Shown piece by piece: positions 21,086-31,674 of a DNA stretch of 64,000 bases. The notes beneath the pieces were generated by a model, which saw only the letters and a program-made list of their open reading frames with translations, did not search any database and was not told the DNA's origin. The position numbers and the translations under genes are program-made. Source of the DNA: Kocuria sp. (GTDB taxonomy: Bacteria; Actinomycetota; Actinomycetes; Actinomycetales; Micrococcaceae); the NCBI GenBank assembly GCA_030524035.1, contig JAUNHG010000001.1, positions 680,819-744,818 of the forward strand, read 5' to 3'. Positions within the stretch are counted from its first letter, which is position 1, and each line of letters opens with the position of its first letter.

Positions 21086-23139
21086 TGGCCAAGCGCTCCG
21101 ATCACGAGCCGGTAGGTGGTACCGGCCCCGCTGTGTCCTCGGGCCGACGTCGGCATCGGGGACCGTTGCGTATGCTGCGGTTTCGGGCCGGTTTATTGGT
21201 GCGTCGTTGGCGACAATCACTACAGTTCCGTGCGGTGACTATTGCGATGATTGGTGCTTTAGTGATCTTTTTGGTCACCGGGGCTTTTTTATCGCATCAG
21301 ATCTCGGAGCGGTTATTTAGTGATCGTTTGGAACAGGTTCTGACTCAGGCAGAAACGGATTTTACCCAGGTTCAGGCAAGTTTCGACGCCTCTGATGCTG
21401 CTGACCGTGGCCAGTTGCAGACCATGGTGACCGCCACGTTGGACGCGTTGGATTCAGATACCACCACCAGTCAACGGCGTTGGGTGATCATCCCGTTGTC
21501 GTCGGAAACCGGGCAGAGCATGCTGCCGGCTCAGGCCGAAAGTGACTGGATGGGTGAGGACACAGTGCCGCAAGATTTGCAGGATCGTGTGTCAGCGGAT
21601 GGTCGTACCTATTGGCAGTCGTCATCCGTAGCCATGGATGACGGTGGTCAGCAGGTACCGGTGGTTATTGTGGGGCAGGCGGTGGAGCCGCAGCCCGGTG
21701 CTCGGTACGGGCTGTACCTGGTAAATGATTTTTCTCAACCTCAACGGACTCTGGATGCGATTCACGCGGTGTTGATTCTGTCAACCGTGGTTCAGGCTTT
21801 GCTGGTATCCGGGGTAGTCGGATACGTCACCCGTGAGGTGGTGCGTCCAGTGTCCACGACTGCTCGGGTCTCAGAATCTTTGGCTGACGGTAACTTGGGT
21901 GTGCGCATGCAGGTTGAAGGGTCCCATGAAGTTGCCAGACTGGGGCGTTCGTTTAACCGGATGGCCGATAATTTGGAAGACCAGATCACCAGGCTTGAAC
22001 AGTTGTCGAGCATGCAGCAAACCTTTGTGTCCGATGTTTCTCATGAGTTGCGGACTCCCTTGACCACAGTGCGGATGGCGGCCGAGGTGTTGCATAACGC
22101 CCGTGAGGAGTTTGATCCGGTCAATCGGCGGTCTGCGGAGTTGTTGTACAACCAGGTGGACCGGTTTGACACTCTGCTGGCGGACCTTCTGGAGATATCT
22201 CGTTTTGACGCTGGTGCTGCGCGACTTGAAATTTCTGGAGTGAATATTTTTGCTCTGGTTAATGAGGTGCTCGAAGCTACCGCTCCGTTAGTCGCTAATT
22301 CCGGTTCGGTCATTCGGGTGCATTCGGATCTTCAACGGTGCATTGTGCAAGTGGATCAACGTCGTATTGACCGAATTCTGCGCAACCTATTGGTGAATGC
22401 ACTAGAGCACGGTGAAGGCAGACCCATTGATGTTGTGGTGAAGGCTTCTGAGGTTGCGGTGGGTATTGCTGTTCGGGACCACGGAATTGGTATGACGGAA
22501 GAGCAGACTCGCAAGGTATTTGACCGTTTCTGGCGTGCCGACCCAGCCCGGGCGCGGACCACTGGGGGGACGGGGCTGGGGCTGTCCATCGCTGTGGAAG
22601 ACACTCGTTTGCACGGTGGTCGGTTGGATGCTTGGGGCGCTCCCGGGCAGGGAGCATGTTTCCGGCTCACGTTGCCGTTGTTGCGTTCCCGTCCTTTGAA
22701 TGGCGATGACCCTAGCCCTGTGCACCTTCCACCCTATGGTGACGAATTGCCATCGGTGGCTGTGGTGACGGACACCGGAACATTTGCAGCCGTTCCTCTG
22801 GACCGTGATTCGGTTATCGCTCCCACAACAGAAACAATTCCGGTGATTCAGGCCGAAGTTCCCGAAGCCGCCATATTGGATGTTGCGACGGCGCGTACCC
22901 CCGTCTTGCGCCCGGCGATCGGCGGTGAGTTTTTGGCGAACACCGCTGTGAATGAGGATGCCGTGGATATGGCAGGCCCGGAGTCCGGCATCGCCCAGGA
23001 GGAATACGACGATTTAGACGAAGCCTACGAAGACCTGTATTTAGACGATACCGGTGAGCTACCAGCTTTCCGTCGCACTGGGCCGGCGCACCGCGCACAG
23101 GGAACCGATACCTCCATCGGGAGAAACCGTGACCGTTGA
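21085..23139 (+). CDS. mtrB: Sensor histidine kinase MtrB
   Basis: Two TM helices, HAMP, H-box SHELRTPLT, N/G1/G2 boxes (LLVNALEHG, DHGIGM, GGTGLGLSI). TGATG overlap with mtrA. Confidence 0.8.
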   Translation: MAKRSDHEPVGGTGPAVSSGRRRHRGPLRMLRFRAGLLVRRWRQSLQFRAVTIAMIGALVIFLVTGAFLSHQISERLFSDRLEQVLTQAETDFTQVQASFDASDAADRGQLQTMVTATLDALDSDTTTSQRRWVIIPLSSETGQSMLPAQAESDWMGEDTVPQDLQDRVSADGRTYWQSSSVAMDDGGQQVPVVIVGQAVEPQPGARYGLYLVNDFSQPQRTLDAIHAVLILSTVVQALLVSGVVGYVTREVVRPVSTTARVSESLADGNLGVRMQVEGSHEVARLGRSFNRMADNLEDQITRLEQLSSMQQTFVSDVSHELRTPLTTVRMAAEVLHNAREEFDPVNRRSAELLYNQVDRFDTLLADLLEISRFDAGAARLEISGVNIFALVNEVLEATAPLVANSGSVIRVHSDLQRCIVQVDQRRIDRILRNLLVNALEHGEGRPIDVVVKASEVAVGIAVRDHGIGMTEEQTRKVFDRFWRADPARARTTGGTGLGLSIAVEDTRLHGGRLDAWGAPGQGACFRLTLPLLRSRPLNGDDPSPVHLPPYGDELPSVAVVTDTGTFAAVPLDRDSVIAPTTETIPVIQAEVPEAAILDVATARTPVLRPAIGGEFLANTAVNEDAVDMAGPESGIAQEEYDDLDEAYEDLYLDDTGELPAFRRTGPAHRAQGTDTSIGRNRDR

Positions 23140-24862
23140 GTACAAGCCGTTACACCTATCCATCCGTCAACGTTTTCGATGGGTGGGGATGATTGTTGCC
23201 ATGGTGCTGGTTATCACTAGCTGCGCCACAATACCCACCACCGGCCCGGTTCACCAGGTGGAGGCTCCTGTTGCTTCGTCGTCGGAAACTAGTGTGGAAT
23301 CCACGGTCGCTGGCCCGGAAGATGGGATGTCTCCGGAGGAGATTGTCCGAGGGTTCTTAGCTGCCGGTGCAGGTCAGGAGAATGATTACGGGGTCGCGCG
23401 TCAGTTTTTGACCGCTGAGCTTGCCTCTGATTGGCGTCCTTATGCCCGGACCGTGGTGTTCTCTGGTGCCGCTGGTATCCAGCAGGGTTTAGATGAACAG
23501 CAGGTGCGGGTCAGCGTCGATGCCCGTGCTGTGATTGACAATAATGGCGTCATGCAACGGCAGGACGCCGGATCTAGCGAAGCCATGGATGTGGAATTGA
23601 CCCAGGTGGATGGGCAATGGCGTATCTCAAAAGTCCCGGATGGGGTGTTGATCCCGGCAGCCAATCTGGATGAACTGTATCGGCCCTACAACGTCTATTT
23701 CTTGGGCGCGGATGATGAAACGGTGGTCGCTGACCCCCGATGGTTCCCGGACCGCCCCGGGGTGTCCACCTCCTTGGTTCGTGCGTTACTCGACGGCCCC
23801 GCACCTTACTTGGATGGGGCGGTGAGCTCCGCATACCCCGGAGACACCGAGCTAGAGGGGGCGTCGGTTCCAGTGCAAGATGGCACGGCAACCGTGTCAT
23901 TAGATGTTCCGAACTACAGTGCACTGGACGTGGCCACTAATCGGGAAATGTATTCCCAGCTGACATTGACCCTCTTGGCTTTGGATAACGTCGAGAGCGT
24001 GGACTTGTTGGCAGGTGGCGGTCAGATTGACTTGGGTTCCAGCAGCCAAGAAATGCTTTCCACAGATCCCTTGGAAGTCCCTACTCGCCAGATTGGGCTA
24101 GATGATGACCACCTGGTTTTTCAACAAGGCGGACAGAGCAGCCCCGTGAGCGGAGTTGCTGATGCTTTGGAGGGGGATGACCCCAGCAAGCCTGCTATGA
24201 ATACGCAAACTGACCAGTTTGCGGCCCTGACTCGCAACCGTTCGGCCTTGGTGACTTTTTCGCCTAATTCGCCAGAACCTGTTGAACGGTTGACGGGACG
24301 TAAGCTTTCTGCCCCTTCCATTGATCCGGATGGCTGGGTGTGGTCAGGGGACGATGCCGGCAAGATTCAGGCGGCTGAACTTGGTGACCCGAATGCGGAC
24401 CCGGTCACCGTAAAAGCGGATTGGCTCGATGGACGTGCTGTGACCTCTCTGAAAATCTCGCGCACCAGCAGTCGAGCATTGATGGTGGTTTCAGATGGCG
24501 ATTCCTCGCAGGTCTTGATGAGTGGTGTTCGCCGAGATGCTGATGGGAAACCCCGCGAATTGAACGCGCCGTATGTTCTGGACTCGGGTCAGGGCGCTGG
24601 AATGATGGCAGAAGCTCAATGGATCAGTGAAACCCAGTTCGTGGCCTCTGCCGTCACAGAAGACAGCACTGCCCCTCGGCTTTATGACGTTTCTGGCCGG
24701 TATCGAGACCTTCCCGTGCTCGATGATGGGGTTAGCAGCGTGGCCGGCGGCAACGGGGAAGCGGAGATTTTTGTGGTGTCCGACGGCCAGTTGCGCATGC
24801 TCACGGGGGAGTCATGGTCGCCGCAAAGTGACACCGTGGAATCGACTGCCTTTGCTGGGTGA
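23129..24862 (+). CDS. lpqB: Lipoprotein LpqB (MtrAB-associated)
   Basis: Third gene of the conserved mtrA-mtrB-lpqB operon. Signal peptide with lipobox-like ...VLVITSCAT. About 575 aa. Confidence 0.7.
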   Translation: MTVEYKPLHLSIRQRFRWVGMIVAMVLVITSCATIPTTGPVHQVEAPVASSSETSVESTVAGPEDGMSPEEIVRGFLAAGAGQENDYGVARQFLTAELASDWRPYARTVVFSGAAGIQQGLDEQQVRVSVDARAVIDNNGVMQRQDAGSSEAMDVELTQVDGQWRISKVPDGVLIPAANLDELYRPYNVYFLGADDETVVADPRWFPDRPGVSTSLVRALLDGPAPYLDGAVSSAYPGDTELEGASVPVQDGTATVSLDVPNYSALDVATNREMYSQLTLTLLALDNVESVDLLAGGGQIDLGSSSQEMLSTDPLEVPTRQIGLDDDHLVFQQGGQSSPVSGVADALEGDDPSKPAMNTQTDQFAALTRNRSALVTFSPNSPEPVERLTGRKLSAPSIDPDGWVWSGDDAGKIQAAELGDPNADPVTVKADWLDGRAVTSLKISRTSSRALMVVSDGDSSQVLMSGVRRDADGKPRELNAPYVLDSGQGAGMMAEAQWISETQFVASAVTEDSTAPRLYDVSGRYRDLPVLDDGVSSVAGGNGEAEIFVVSDGQLRMLTGESWSPQSDTVESTAFAG

Positions 24863-24979
24863 AACCCAGTGACTTTGTGAGGCTTCTGGTTGCCCGGCAT
24901 CCATGTCTCCACAACCACCTTGTGTGTTACCCATGGCGGGGCAGGCGCCATATTGGCCGAGGCGGGCGCGGTGTAACCG

Positions 24980-26020
24980 GTGTATGGGCAGTGGAGCATC
25001 GGAGGTATGAACGCACACACTTTCACCGGTCGTTTTGATGTGCCTGTTGCAGGGGGCGCTCTTGCGGTGTCTGATCCCCCGGTGTCCGGGCGGCGGATAG
25101 GGCGGCGCTTGCGGCGTATGGATCGTGCCGCGTCACAGGTGTGGGAAGCTTTAGTGACAGGGCTTGAACCGCTGATTCCCGTGGAATGCACGGTGTGCCG
25201 TTATCCAGGAGAATCGTTATGCCGGTCTTGCCGACGCTTGTTGTACCGCAGCACCGCTCATCCGCAGCGTGTTGAGCAATATGCACGGCACGCCAGTGGT
25301 TTGCGGATCGTGGCAGCTGGGAGTTACGAACACGAACTGGCTTCCTGCATTTTGGCTTTTAAACAAGCCGGACGAACAGATGTAATCGCACCGCTGGCGG
25401 AAGTTTTAAGCCGGTCCATCCGTGCTGCGCTCGGTGTACCTTCGCCAGGGGGTAGCACGGCCCAGGCTCCTTGCGAAGGTGTGATTGATCTGGTTCCTAT
25501 TCCTAGTTCGGCTCGGGCATTGCGGCGGCGATGGTACGACCCAGTTGCCGTGTTGCTCCGAGCTGCTGTAGCGCAGCATGAAACAACCGTTCATGTGCTG
25601 CGGAAAGATCCTCGTCGCAGCAGCGCTCCCGAAATATCAGTAATGCAACTGCGAATTGTTCCGTGGCTGGTGCACACAAGTCGCAATCCGGTAGGCGCAT
25701 TGCGCGCCGTGCAGGTACGCCGCATGAGGAATATGGGTGGTCAGTCACAGAAACTGAAATCTGCTGACCAGCGTGCGCAAGCGATCCCTACCCCTTTTGA
25801 TCTGGCCATGGGACGCCGGGATCACCACGGGCAGATTCAGGTACCGGAACGTGTGGTCTTAGTTGATGACGTGGTGACAACCGGGGCCACCCTGAACCGT
25901 GCCCGGTATGTCCTGGAACAGGCAGGAGCCAACGTTCTTGGTGCTGTGACCTTGGCAGCTGTGGATGCTCCGTCGGGTATGAAGCATGTGATGCTAGGAA
26001 ACGGGGCTATGAACAGATGA
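24980..26020 (+). CDS. comF: ComF-family phosphoribosyltransferase-domain protein
   Basis: C-terminal PRTase motif VVLVDDVVTTGATLN. N-terminal Cys-rich region. Same position as mycobacterial Rv3242c. Start uncertain. Confidence 0.6.
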   Translation: MYGQWSIGGMNAHTFTGRFDVPVAGGALAVSDPPVSGRRIGRRLRRMDRAASQVWEALVTGLEPLIPVECTVCRYPGESLCRSCRRLLYRSTAHPQRVEQYARHASGLRIVAAGSYEHELASCILAFKQAGRTDVIAPLAEVLSRSIRAALGVPSPGGSTAQAPCEGVIDLVPIPSSARALRRRWYDPVAVLLRAAVAQHETTVHVLRKDPRRSSAPEISVMQLRIVPWLVHTSRNPVGALRAVQVRRMRNMGGQSQKLKSADQRAQAIPTPFDLAMGRRDHHGQIQVPERVVLVDDVVTTGATLNRARYVLEQAGANVLGAVTLAAVDAPSGMKHVMLGNGAMNR

Positions 26021-26126
26021 ATTAACGATGTGAGCAAGGTAACGTAATGAGTACCGGGACAGCCGCCCGGGGTGGGGACCAGCACCCGCCGGGTCTCCGC
26101 ATCGACCAGTTGCACTGGAGGACGCC

Positions 26127-26807
26127 ATGGAACTCATTGTCCGGGGACGTAACGTCAGCGTGCCGGAACGGTTCAAAGAATATGTGGCCGAAAAGGTCGT
26201 GAAGTTCGAAGAACTGGGTGACAGGGTGCAAAGGATTGAAGTCAAGGTGGTCAAAGACAATCCCACCCCTGGCCATGGTGGTATGCGTGTGGAAGCCACG
26301 GTGATTGGTCGTGGACCGGTCATCCGAGCCGAGGCGCGTGGGGATGACAAATTTGCGGTGTTTGACGACACCTACGCCAAGCTAATTGAGCAGTTGCGCC
26401 GGGCTCGGGACCGTCGCAAGGTTCACCGTGGTCATCACCGTCCCACGGCGGTTTCGGAAGCCACGGCGTCATTGCCGATGATACCCACTGATGGTCCTCT
26501 GTTCGCCTCCGCTGACGAACTCGCGGCGGCGGAAACCGATGTTTTCGATTCTGAGTACCTCTTGGAAGACGATGTCGCACCGGTGGAAATTCGCCGGAAG
26601 CGTTTTCCGGAGGAAAGGATGACAGCAGACCAGGCCGTTGACCGTATGGAACTGGTGGGCCATGACTTTTTCTTGTTTGTGGATCAAGAAACGGGAGAGC
26701 CTTCCGTGGTCTACCGGCGAAAGGGCTGGGAGTACGGTGTGATTGGCCTTAGCGCGGAGGTTAGCGATGCCCAGGACGAACCGGCGCGAGCCTATCAAGC
26801 AGGCTAG
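26127..26807 (+). CDS. hpf: Ribosome hibernation promoting factor HPF (long form)
   Basis: MELIVRGRNVSVPERFKEYVAEKVVKFEELGDRVQRIEVKV is the RaiA/HPF N-domain. The C-terminal dimerisation domain is present. Confidence 0.85.
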   Translation: MELIVRGRNVSVPERFKEYVAEKVVKFEELGDRVQRIEVKVVKDNPTPGHGGMRVEATVIGRGPVIRAEARGDDKFAVFDDTYAKLIEQLRRARDRRKVHRGHHRPTAVSEATASLPMIPTDGPLFASADELAAAETDVFDSEYLLEDDVAPVEIRRKRFPEERMTADQAVDRMELVGHDFFLFVDQETGEPSVVYRRKGWEYGVIGLSAEVSDAQDEPARAYQAG

Positions 26808-26826
26808 TCAGCGCTAAGCGATTGGC

Positions 26827-26872
26827 TAACAACGGTGTGGAGGTGAGGTCTTTGCTCCACACCGTTGTTAGT
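26827..26872 (+). terminator. Strong stem-loop between hpf and secA (17-bp perfect stem, 12-nt loop, no U-tract)
   Basis: CTAACAACGGTGTGGAG-gtgaggtctttg-CTCCACACCGTTGTTAG. Possible terminator or processing site. Confidence 0.5.
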
Positions 26873-26960
26873 GTGCCTGGCGTACACTGGGGAGAATGAC
26901 CTGGCCGCTGTGATGCGGTCGAAATGCTTGACTCAACTGATTCACAAGGAGCGTGAGCAC

Positions 26961-29831
26961 GTGGCCTCAATTCTGGAGAAAGTGCTCCGGACCGGGGACA
27001 AAAAGGTGCTAAAGCGCCTGAAAGACTACGCCGACGCGATCAATTCGCTGGAAGATGGCTATCGAGAATTTTCTGATGCTGACTTGCAAGCCGAAACGGA
27101 TGCTTTCCGTGCTCGTATTGCAGACGGTGAATCACTGGATCGGTTGTTGCCTGAAGCTTTTGCGGTGGTGCGTGAGGCATCCTCCAGGACCTTGGGTAAG
27201 CGGCATTATGACGTCCAGTTGATGGGTGGTGCTGCTTTACACTTGGGCAATATTGCGGAGATGAAGACCGGTGAGGGCAAGACTCTGGTGGCCACTGCTC
27301 CGGCGTATTTAAATGCATTGTCCGGTAAGGGTGTGCATGTTGTGACGGTCAATGACTTTCTTGCGGAATCTCAGTCAGAACAGATGGGTCGAGTGTACCG
27401 TTTTCTGGGTCTAGAAACTGGGACCATCCTGTCTGGCCAGGATCCTGCGACGCGACGTAAGCATTATCTTGCGGATATTACCTATGGGACCAATAATGAA
27501 TTTGGGTTTGATTATCTGCGGGATAATATGGCGTGGAGTGTTGATGAATTAGTGCAGCGAGGCCACAATTTTGCGATTGTTGATGAGGTTGATTCCATTC
27601 TCATTGATGAATCTCGTACACCTTTGATTATTTCAGGACCGGCTTCTGGTGATGCCAATCGGTGGTATTCGGTCTTTGCTTCTTTGGTGCAGCGACTTGA
27701 GTTAAATAAAGACTACGAAGCTGATGAAAAAAAGCGTACCGTGTCTGTTCTTGAGTCAGGAATTGATAAGGTTGAGGACTGGCTCGGTATTGAGAATCTT
27801 TATGATACGGCGAATACTCCGCTGATCGGGTTCCTGAATAATGCCCTCAAGGCTAAAGAGCTGTTCCAGAGGGATAAAGACTATGTGGTCATGAAGAATG
27901 AAGTCCAGATCGTTGACGAACACACGGGCCGTATTTTAGCCGGTCGTCGGTATAATGAGGGTGTCCACCAGGCTATTGAGGCTAAAGAAAATGTGGAAAT
28001 CCAGCCGGAAAATCAGACCATGGCAACGGTCACTTTGCAAAATTACTTCCGTCTATACGAAAAGCTTTCTGGCATGACCGGTACGGCGGAAACTGAAGCC
28101 GCTGAATTTATGAATACCTACGAACTTGGCGTGGTGGCGATCCCGACCAATAAACCAATGGTGCGTCAAGATCAAACTGACTTAGTTTATAAAAATGAAG
28201 TTTTGAAGTTTGCTGCTGTTGTGCAAAATATTGAAGAGCGACACAAGACTGGCCAGCCGGTTTTGGTGGGTACCACATCGGTGGAAAAGTCAGAGTATTT
28301 GTCAAAAATGCTGGCGAAGCGTGGTGTTCCGCATGAGGTATTGAACGCTAAAAACCATGCGCGTGAGGCCGCTATTGTGGCGCAAGCGGGCCGTAAAGGT
28401 GCGGTGACTGTAGCCACTAATATGGCAGGGCGTGGTACGGATATTATTTTGGGCGGCAATGCCGAAGCCATGGCTATCGAGCGTATGAAGGAAAAGGGGT
28501 TGGATCCCGAACGTGATCGCGAGGGATACGAAACCGCTTGGCCAGTAGTATTAGCCGAAGCCGAAGCGGAGATTGGCGATGAACATCAGGAAGTCCTGGA
28601 ACTTGGTGGGTTATATGTTCTGGGCACAGAGCGGCACGAGTCGCGACGCATTGACAATCAGTTGCGTGGACGTTCTGGACGTCAGGGTGACCCTGGCGAA
28701 TCCCGATTTTATCTTTCATTGACTGATGATTTGATGCGCTTGTTCAACGCGGGTGGTGCTGCGCGTCTGATGGCCAATGCTGCTGATGACACTGCTTTGG
28801 AGTTCAAGATCGTGTCCCGTGCCATTGCTTCGGCGCAAAATCAAGTCGAGGGGCGTAACGCCGAACAACGCAAAAATGTTCTGAAGTACGACGATGTCTT
28901 GGATCGTCAGCGTAAAGCTATTTATGCGGACCGTCGTCGTATTTTAGAAGGCGGTGATTTGCAAGAACAGATCCAGCAATTCATCGCTGAAGTTGTGGGG
29001 TCGATTGTGGTTGAGCGTACCCGTGACGGGCACCCAGAAGATTGGGACTTAGAAGGCCTGTGGGAGGCTTTGAGTACCGTCTATCCGGTGAGTGTTGGCC
29101 CCGATGAACTCATTGAGGAAGCTGGTGGTCAGGAAAAGCTGACAACGGCTTTTCTGCGCGATCAGATCGTTTCCGACGCCATCGTGATCTACGAAGAGCG
29201 TGAAGAGCTTGTGGGTTCTGAAGCGATGCGCAACCTGGAACGTCGGGTACTCCTATCTGTTTTGGGCCAGCGCTGGCCGGAACATCTGTATGAGATGGAC
29301 TATCTCAAAGATGGCATCGGCCTACGCGCTATGGCTCAGCGCGACCCGTTGGTGGAATATCAGCGGGAAGGCTTCACTATGTATGAAACCATGATGGGTG
29401 GCATTCGCGAGGAAACCGTCGCTTATCTGTTCAATATGGACCTTTCTAAACAGCGCGCTGGCACTGGCGGGGCGGTTAAGGTCAACGTTCCCAAGCAGCC
29501 AAAGTTCTTGCAGTTCTCCGCTCCGGGGGAAGAGGGTGAGACGGATGTTCATACAGAACGTAACTCCACGGCTGCTGCTGGCGCCGATGGGCGCGAAGAA
29601 CCGGAACGCTCAGACACTGCGGCTGCCAGTAACGCGGCAAACGAAGTGCCTTCTATCTCGGAGCCCGTAGAGGATTCACCTTCTCAGCGATCCATACGCC
29701 CCGTTCCGACGCAGGACGTAGCTGCCGGTCAGCACCGTTCCCGCGCGGAGCGCCGCGCCGCTGAAGCTGCGGCCAAGCGTCGTAACAAGAAATGGTTCCG
29801 CTCCCAAGTTAACCGATCTCCAAGACTGTGA
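26961..29831 (+). CDS. secA: Preprotein translocase ATPase SecA
   Basis: Unmistakable SecA motifs ([34 protein letters not shown]...). GTG at 26961 is preceded by AAGGAG at 9 nt and aligns with the mycobacterial SecA1 N-terminus (..[13 protein letters not shown]). Confidence 0.9.
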   Translation: MASILEKVLRTGDKKVLKRLKDYADAINSLEDGYREFSDADLQAETDAFRARIADGESLDRLLPEAFAVVREASSRTLGKRHYDVQLMGGAALHLGNIAEMKTGEGKTLVATAPAYLNALSGKGVHVVTVNDFLAESQSEQMGRVYRFLGLETGTILSGQDPATRRKHYLADITYGTNNEFGFDYLRDNMAWSVDELVQRGHNFAIVDEVDSILIDESRTPLIISGPASGDANRWYSVFASLVQRLELNKDYEADEKKRTVSVLESGIDKVEDWLGIENLYDTANTPLIGFLNNALKAKELFQRDKDYVVMKNEVQIVDEHTGRILAGRRYNEGVHQAIEAKENVEIQPENQTMATVTLQNYFRLYEKLSGMTGTAETEAAEFMNTYELGVVAIPTNKPMVRQDQTDLVYKNEVLKFAAVVQNIEERHKTGQPVLVGTTSVEKSEYLSKMLAKRGVPHEVLNAKNHAREAAIVAQAGRKGAVTVATNMAGRGTDIILGGNAEAMAIERMKEKGLDPERDREGYETAWPVVLAEAEAEIGDEHQEVLELGGLYVLGTERHESRRIDNQLRGRSGRQGDPGESRFYLSLTDDLMRLFNAGGAARLMANAADDTALEFKIVSRAIASAQNQVEGRNAEQRKNVLKYDDVLDRQRKAIYADRRRILEGGDLQEQIQQFIAEVVGSIVVERTRDGHPEDWDLEGLWEALSTVYPVSVGPDELIEEAGGQEKLTTAFLRDQIVSDAIVIYEEREELVGSEAMRNLERRVLLSVLGQRWPEHLYEMDYLKDGIGLRAMAQRDPLVEYQREGFTMYETMMGGIREETVAYLFNMDLSKQRAGTGGAVKVNVPKQPKFLQFSAPGEEGETDVHTERNSTAAAGADGREEPERSDTAAASNAANEVPSISEPVEDSPSQRSIRPVPTQDVAAGQHRSRAERRAAEAAAKRRNKKWFRSQVNRSPRL

Positions 29832-30264
29832 CGCACCAAGCGCGTTCCGGTCGCTCCACACGGACCACAACGGCCCGACTCCGTGAGTCATCGCGTACTA
29901 CCAACGCGATTTCGTATACACCATCGGCCACGTGGCATACGCGCTGCCGAAGCACTTCGGAGTTGCGGTGATTGGCTTGCACCGGTGAGGATGTCGGTTC
30001 GATTTTTCTACGTTGTTGGACGAGCTCCGCTCTGCGGCGGAGTTTGTCCACGATCTCCTGGGTGGTCCATCGGCCCAATTGTTGGGCTGGGCGGATGCCG
30101 TCAAGTACCTCTAAAGCTGCTACCGCAATGGATCGGCTGAGGGCTGTGATTCGTTCACGCTCATGGCCGGGCGGGAACGTCGTGGGTGCGGCGCGCTGTT
30201 TTTGTCGCCATACGTAGCGGGGGTGTGGCGTGGGCGTTGCTTCACCACGGGCAATAGTTGACAT
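29809..30264 (-). CDS. Conserved hypothetical protein located downstream of secA
   Basis: 151-aa ORF convergent with, and overlapping, the secA 3' end. No domain recognised. Confidence 0.45.
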   Translation of the reverse strand: MSTIARGEATPTPHPRYVWRQKQRAAPTTFPPGHERERITALSRSIAVAALEVLDGIRPAQQLGRWTTQEIVDKLRRRAELVQQRRKIEPTSSPVQANHRNSEVLRQRVCHVADGVYEIALVVRDDSRSRAVVVRVERPERAWCVTVLEIG

Positions 30265-30290
30265 ATCTGGACTCCAGTTTCTTGTTCTGG

Positions 30291-30899
30291 TTAGTGGATG
30301 TGGTGCCTCGGGGTTAATGCCTCGGGAATGGTGAGGACGGTGCCCGGGGTGAGAAGGTCGGGGTCGTGTACGTGATGTGCGTTGGTTTCCCAGAGATAGG
30401 GCCAGGCGGCTGCCACCTCTGCCTCTGATGCTTCCGGGCCAAGTAGCTCACGGGTGATTGACCAGAAGGATTCCCCGGAACGTACGGTGACGGTGTTCTC
30501 CGCAATGCGTGCGTGTACTGAAGGGGGAAGGGACTGAGTTGCGGGTGCGGCTTCTGCCTCGCCCCAGAATGGTGAGAAAGTTGCAGCTTCGTCACGTTCA
30601 GACTGTCTTGTGTGTGCTGTCTGAACATCATCTGCATCAAAGGTTTCTTGTGAATGCTCAGAGGCTTTGAGTGAGCCTTCAGGCATTTCCATCACGGTGG
30701 AGTCAGGCTCCAATGTGGCAGGAGCAGCCTGTGCTGCAGTCACAGCGGTAAGAGCCAGCGATTGGAGTCCTGCTGCTGCAACTCCCACTGTCCAGGGCAT
30801 GGAAGGAACCCTGGGGAGGAAGGCCTTACGCTCGCTGACCTGCGTGGTAAGTGCTGGGTAGTTTGGGGCGGTGAAGCGTCTGGCCGGCTGCGGAGTCAT
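30291..30899 (-). CDS. Secreted LysM-domain protein
   Basis: C-terminal LysM-like motif TVRSGESFWSITRELLG...LLTPGTVLTIPEA. Internal signal-peptide-like segment MPWTVGVAAAGLQSLALTAVTAAQA, so the real start may be that internal Met. Confidence 0.55.
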   Translation of the reverse strand: MTPQPARRFTAPNYPALTTQVSERKAFLPRVPSMPWTVGVAAAGLQSLALTAVTAAQAAPATLEPDSTVMEMPEGSLKASEHSQETFDADDVQTAHTRQSERDEAATFSPFWGEAEAAPATQSLPPSVHARIAENTVTVRSGESFWSITRELLGPEASEAEVAAAWPYLWETNAHHVHDPDLLTPGTVLTIPEALTPRHHIH

Positions 30900-30951
30900 G
30901 GCACTTACCTTTCAAAGATACCTTTTAACATCTTTTGATGTTGTTTGATGA

Positions 30952-30984
30952 TCTGTAGTGATCTTGGATGAAGATCACTACAGA
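30952..30984. promoter_or_regulatory. Perfect 14-bp inverted repeat (5-nt spacer) in the AT-rich divergent promoter region
   Basis: TCTGTAGTGATCTT-ggatg-AAGATCACTACAGA. A second 6-bp IR, AACATC-tttt-GATGTT, lies about 20 bp upstream. Read directly from the sequence. Confidence 0.5.
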
Positions 30985-31104
30985 GTCAAGTGGATCCATG
31001 GACTATCTGCTCATGCCGCATACAGTGGCTCGCAGCAAAGTGGCGCGATTAAAGCGCAAGCTCGGTAACGTCGACAGTAACGGGGGAGAGGTGGCGATAA
31101 ACCT

Positions 31105-31671
31105 ATGAGGTGGGACGATCTTTTTGCTGACATGGAGGCCCAGTTGGCGGCGCAGCGGTACCGGGAGATCGAAGTTGAAGCTGCGGAAATGATCAGGGCG
31201 GAGAACTCAGAAGTGATCCTGGAGGATCGGTGTGTTGCTCATCTGGGAGGCTCCGTGGAGGTCAGCCTATGTGGTGGTGTGCGACTGAATGGCGTGATGA
31301 ACGCTGTGGGCAAGGGATGGGCGGTGCTTGAAGATTTTGACCACGAGATTTTGATCCCCCTGGCGGCTATGGAGTGGATTGACGGTTTGGGGAACCGGCG
31401 ACAATCCCCTGAAAAACGGCGCCGTCTAGGATTACCGCATGCCCTGCGGGCACTTGCTATGGCGCGTGTAGCGGTTCGTGTGTACCTGCGTTCGGGTCCA
31501 ACAACGGCGTTGGAGGGGACTGTGGACCGTGCTGGCGGTGATCATTTGGACTTAGCCCTGCACCCACACGATGAATTTCGGCGGCGCCGCACTGTCCGTG
31601 CAGTACGCACCATTCCCTACACGGCGGTTTCCTGTGTGGTGGCAGATAACAGTTATGGAGAAACGTGGTGA
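31105..31671 (+). CDS. Hypothetical protein (188 aa)
   Basis: ORF only. No motif recognised. Convergent with the HTH gene, 3 bp apart. Confidence 0.35.
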   Translation: MRWDDLFADMEAQLAAQRYREIEVEAAEMIRAENSEVILEDRCVAHLGGSVEVSLCGGVRLNGVMNAVGKGWAVLEDFDHEILIPLAAMEWIDGLGNRRQSPEKRRRLGLPHALRALAMARVAVRVYLRSGPTTALEGTVDRAGGDHLDLALHPHDEFRRRRTVRAVRTIPYTAVSCVVADNSYGETW

Positions 31672-31674
31672 CGG

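Noticed and set aside
22310-22725. Overlapping minus-strand ORFs inside mtrB
   Set aside because: They are antisense to the histidine-kinase catalytic domain and have no features.
30900-31104. ydaO/c-di-AMP riboswitch upstream of the LysM-protein gene
   Set aside because: The conserved ydaO sequence blocks could not be recognised by eye in the minus-strand leader. This needs a covariance-model search, so it is not called.
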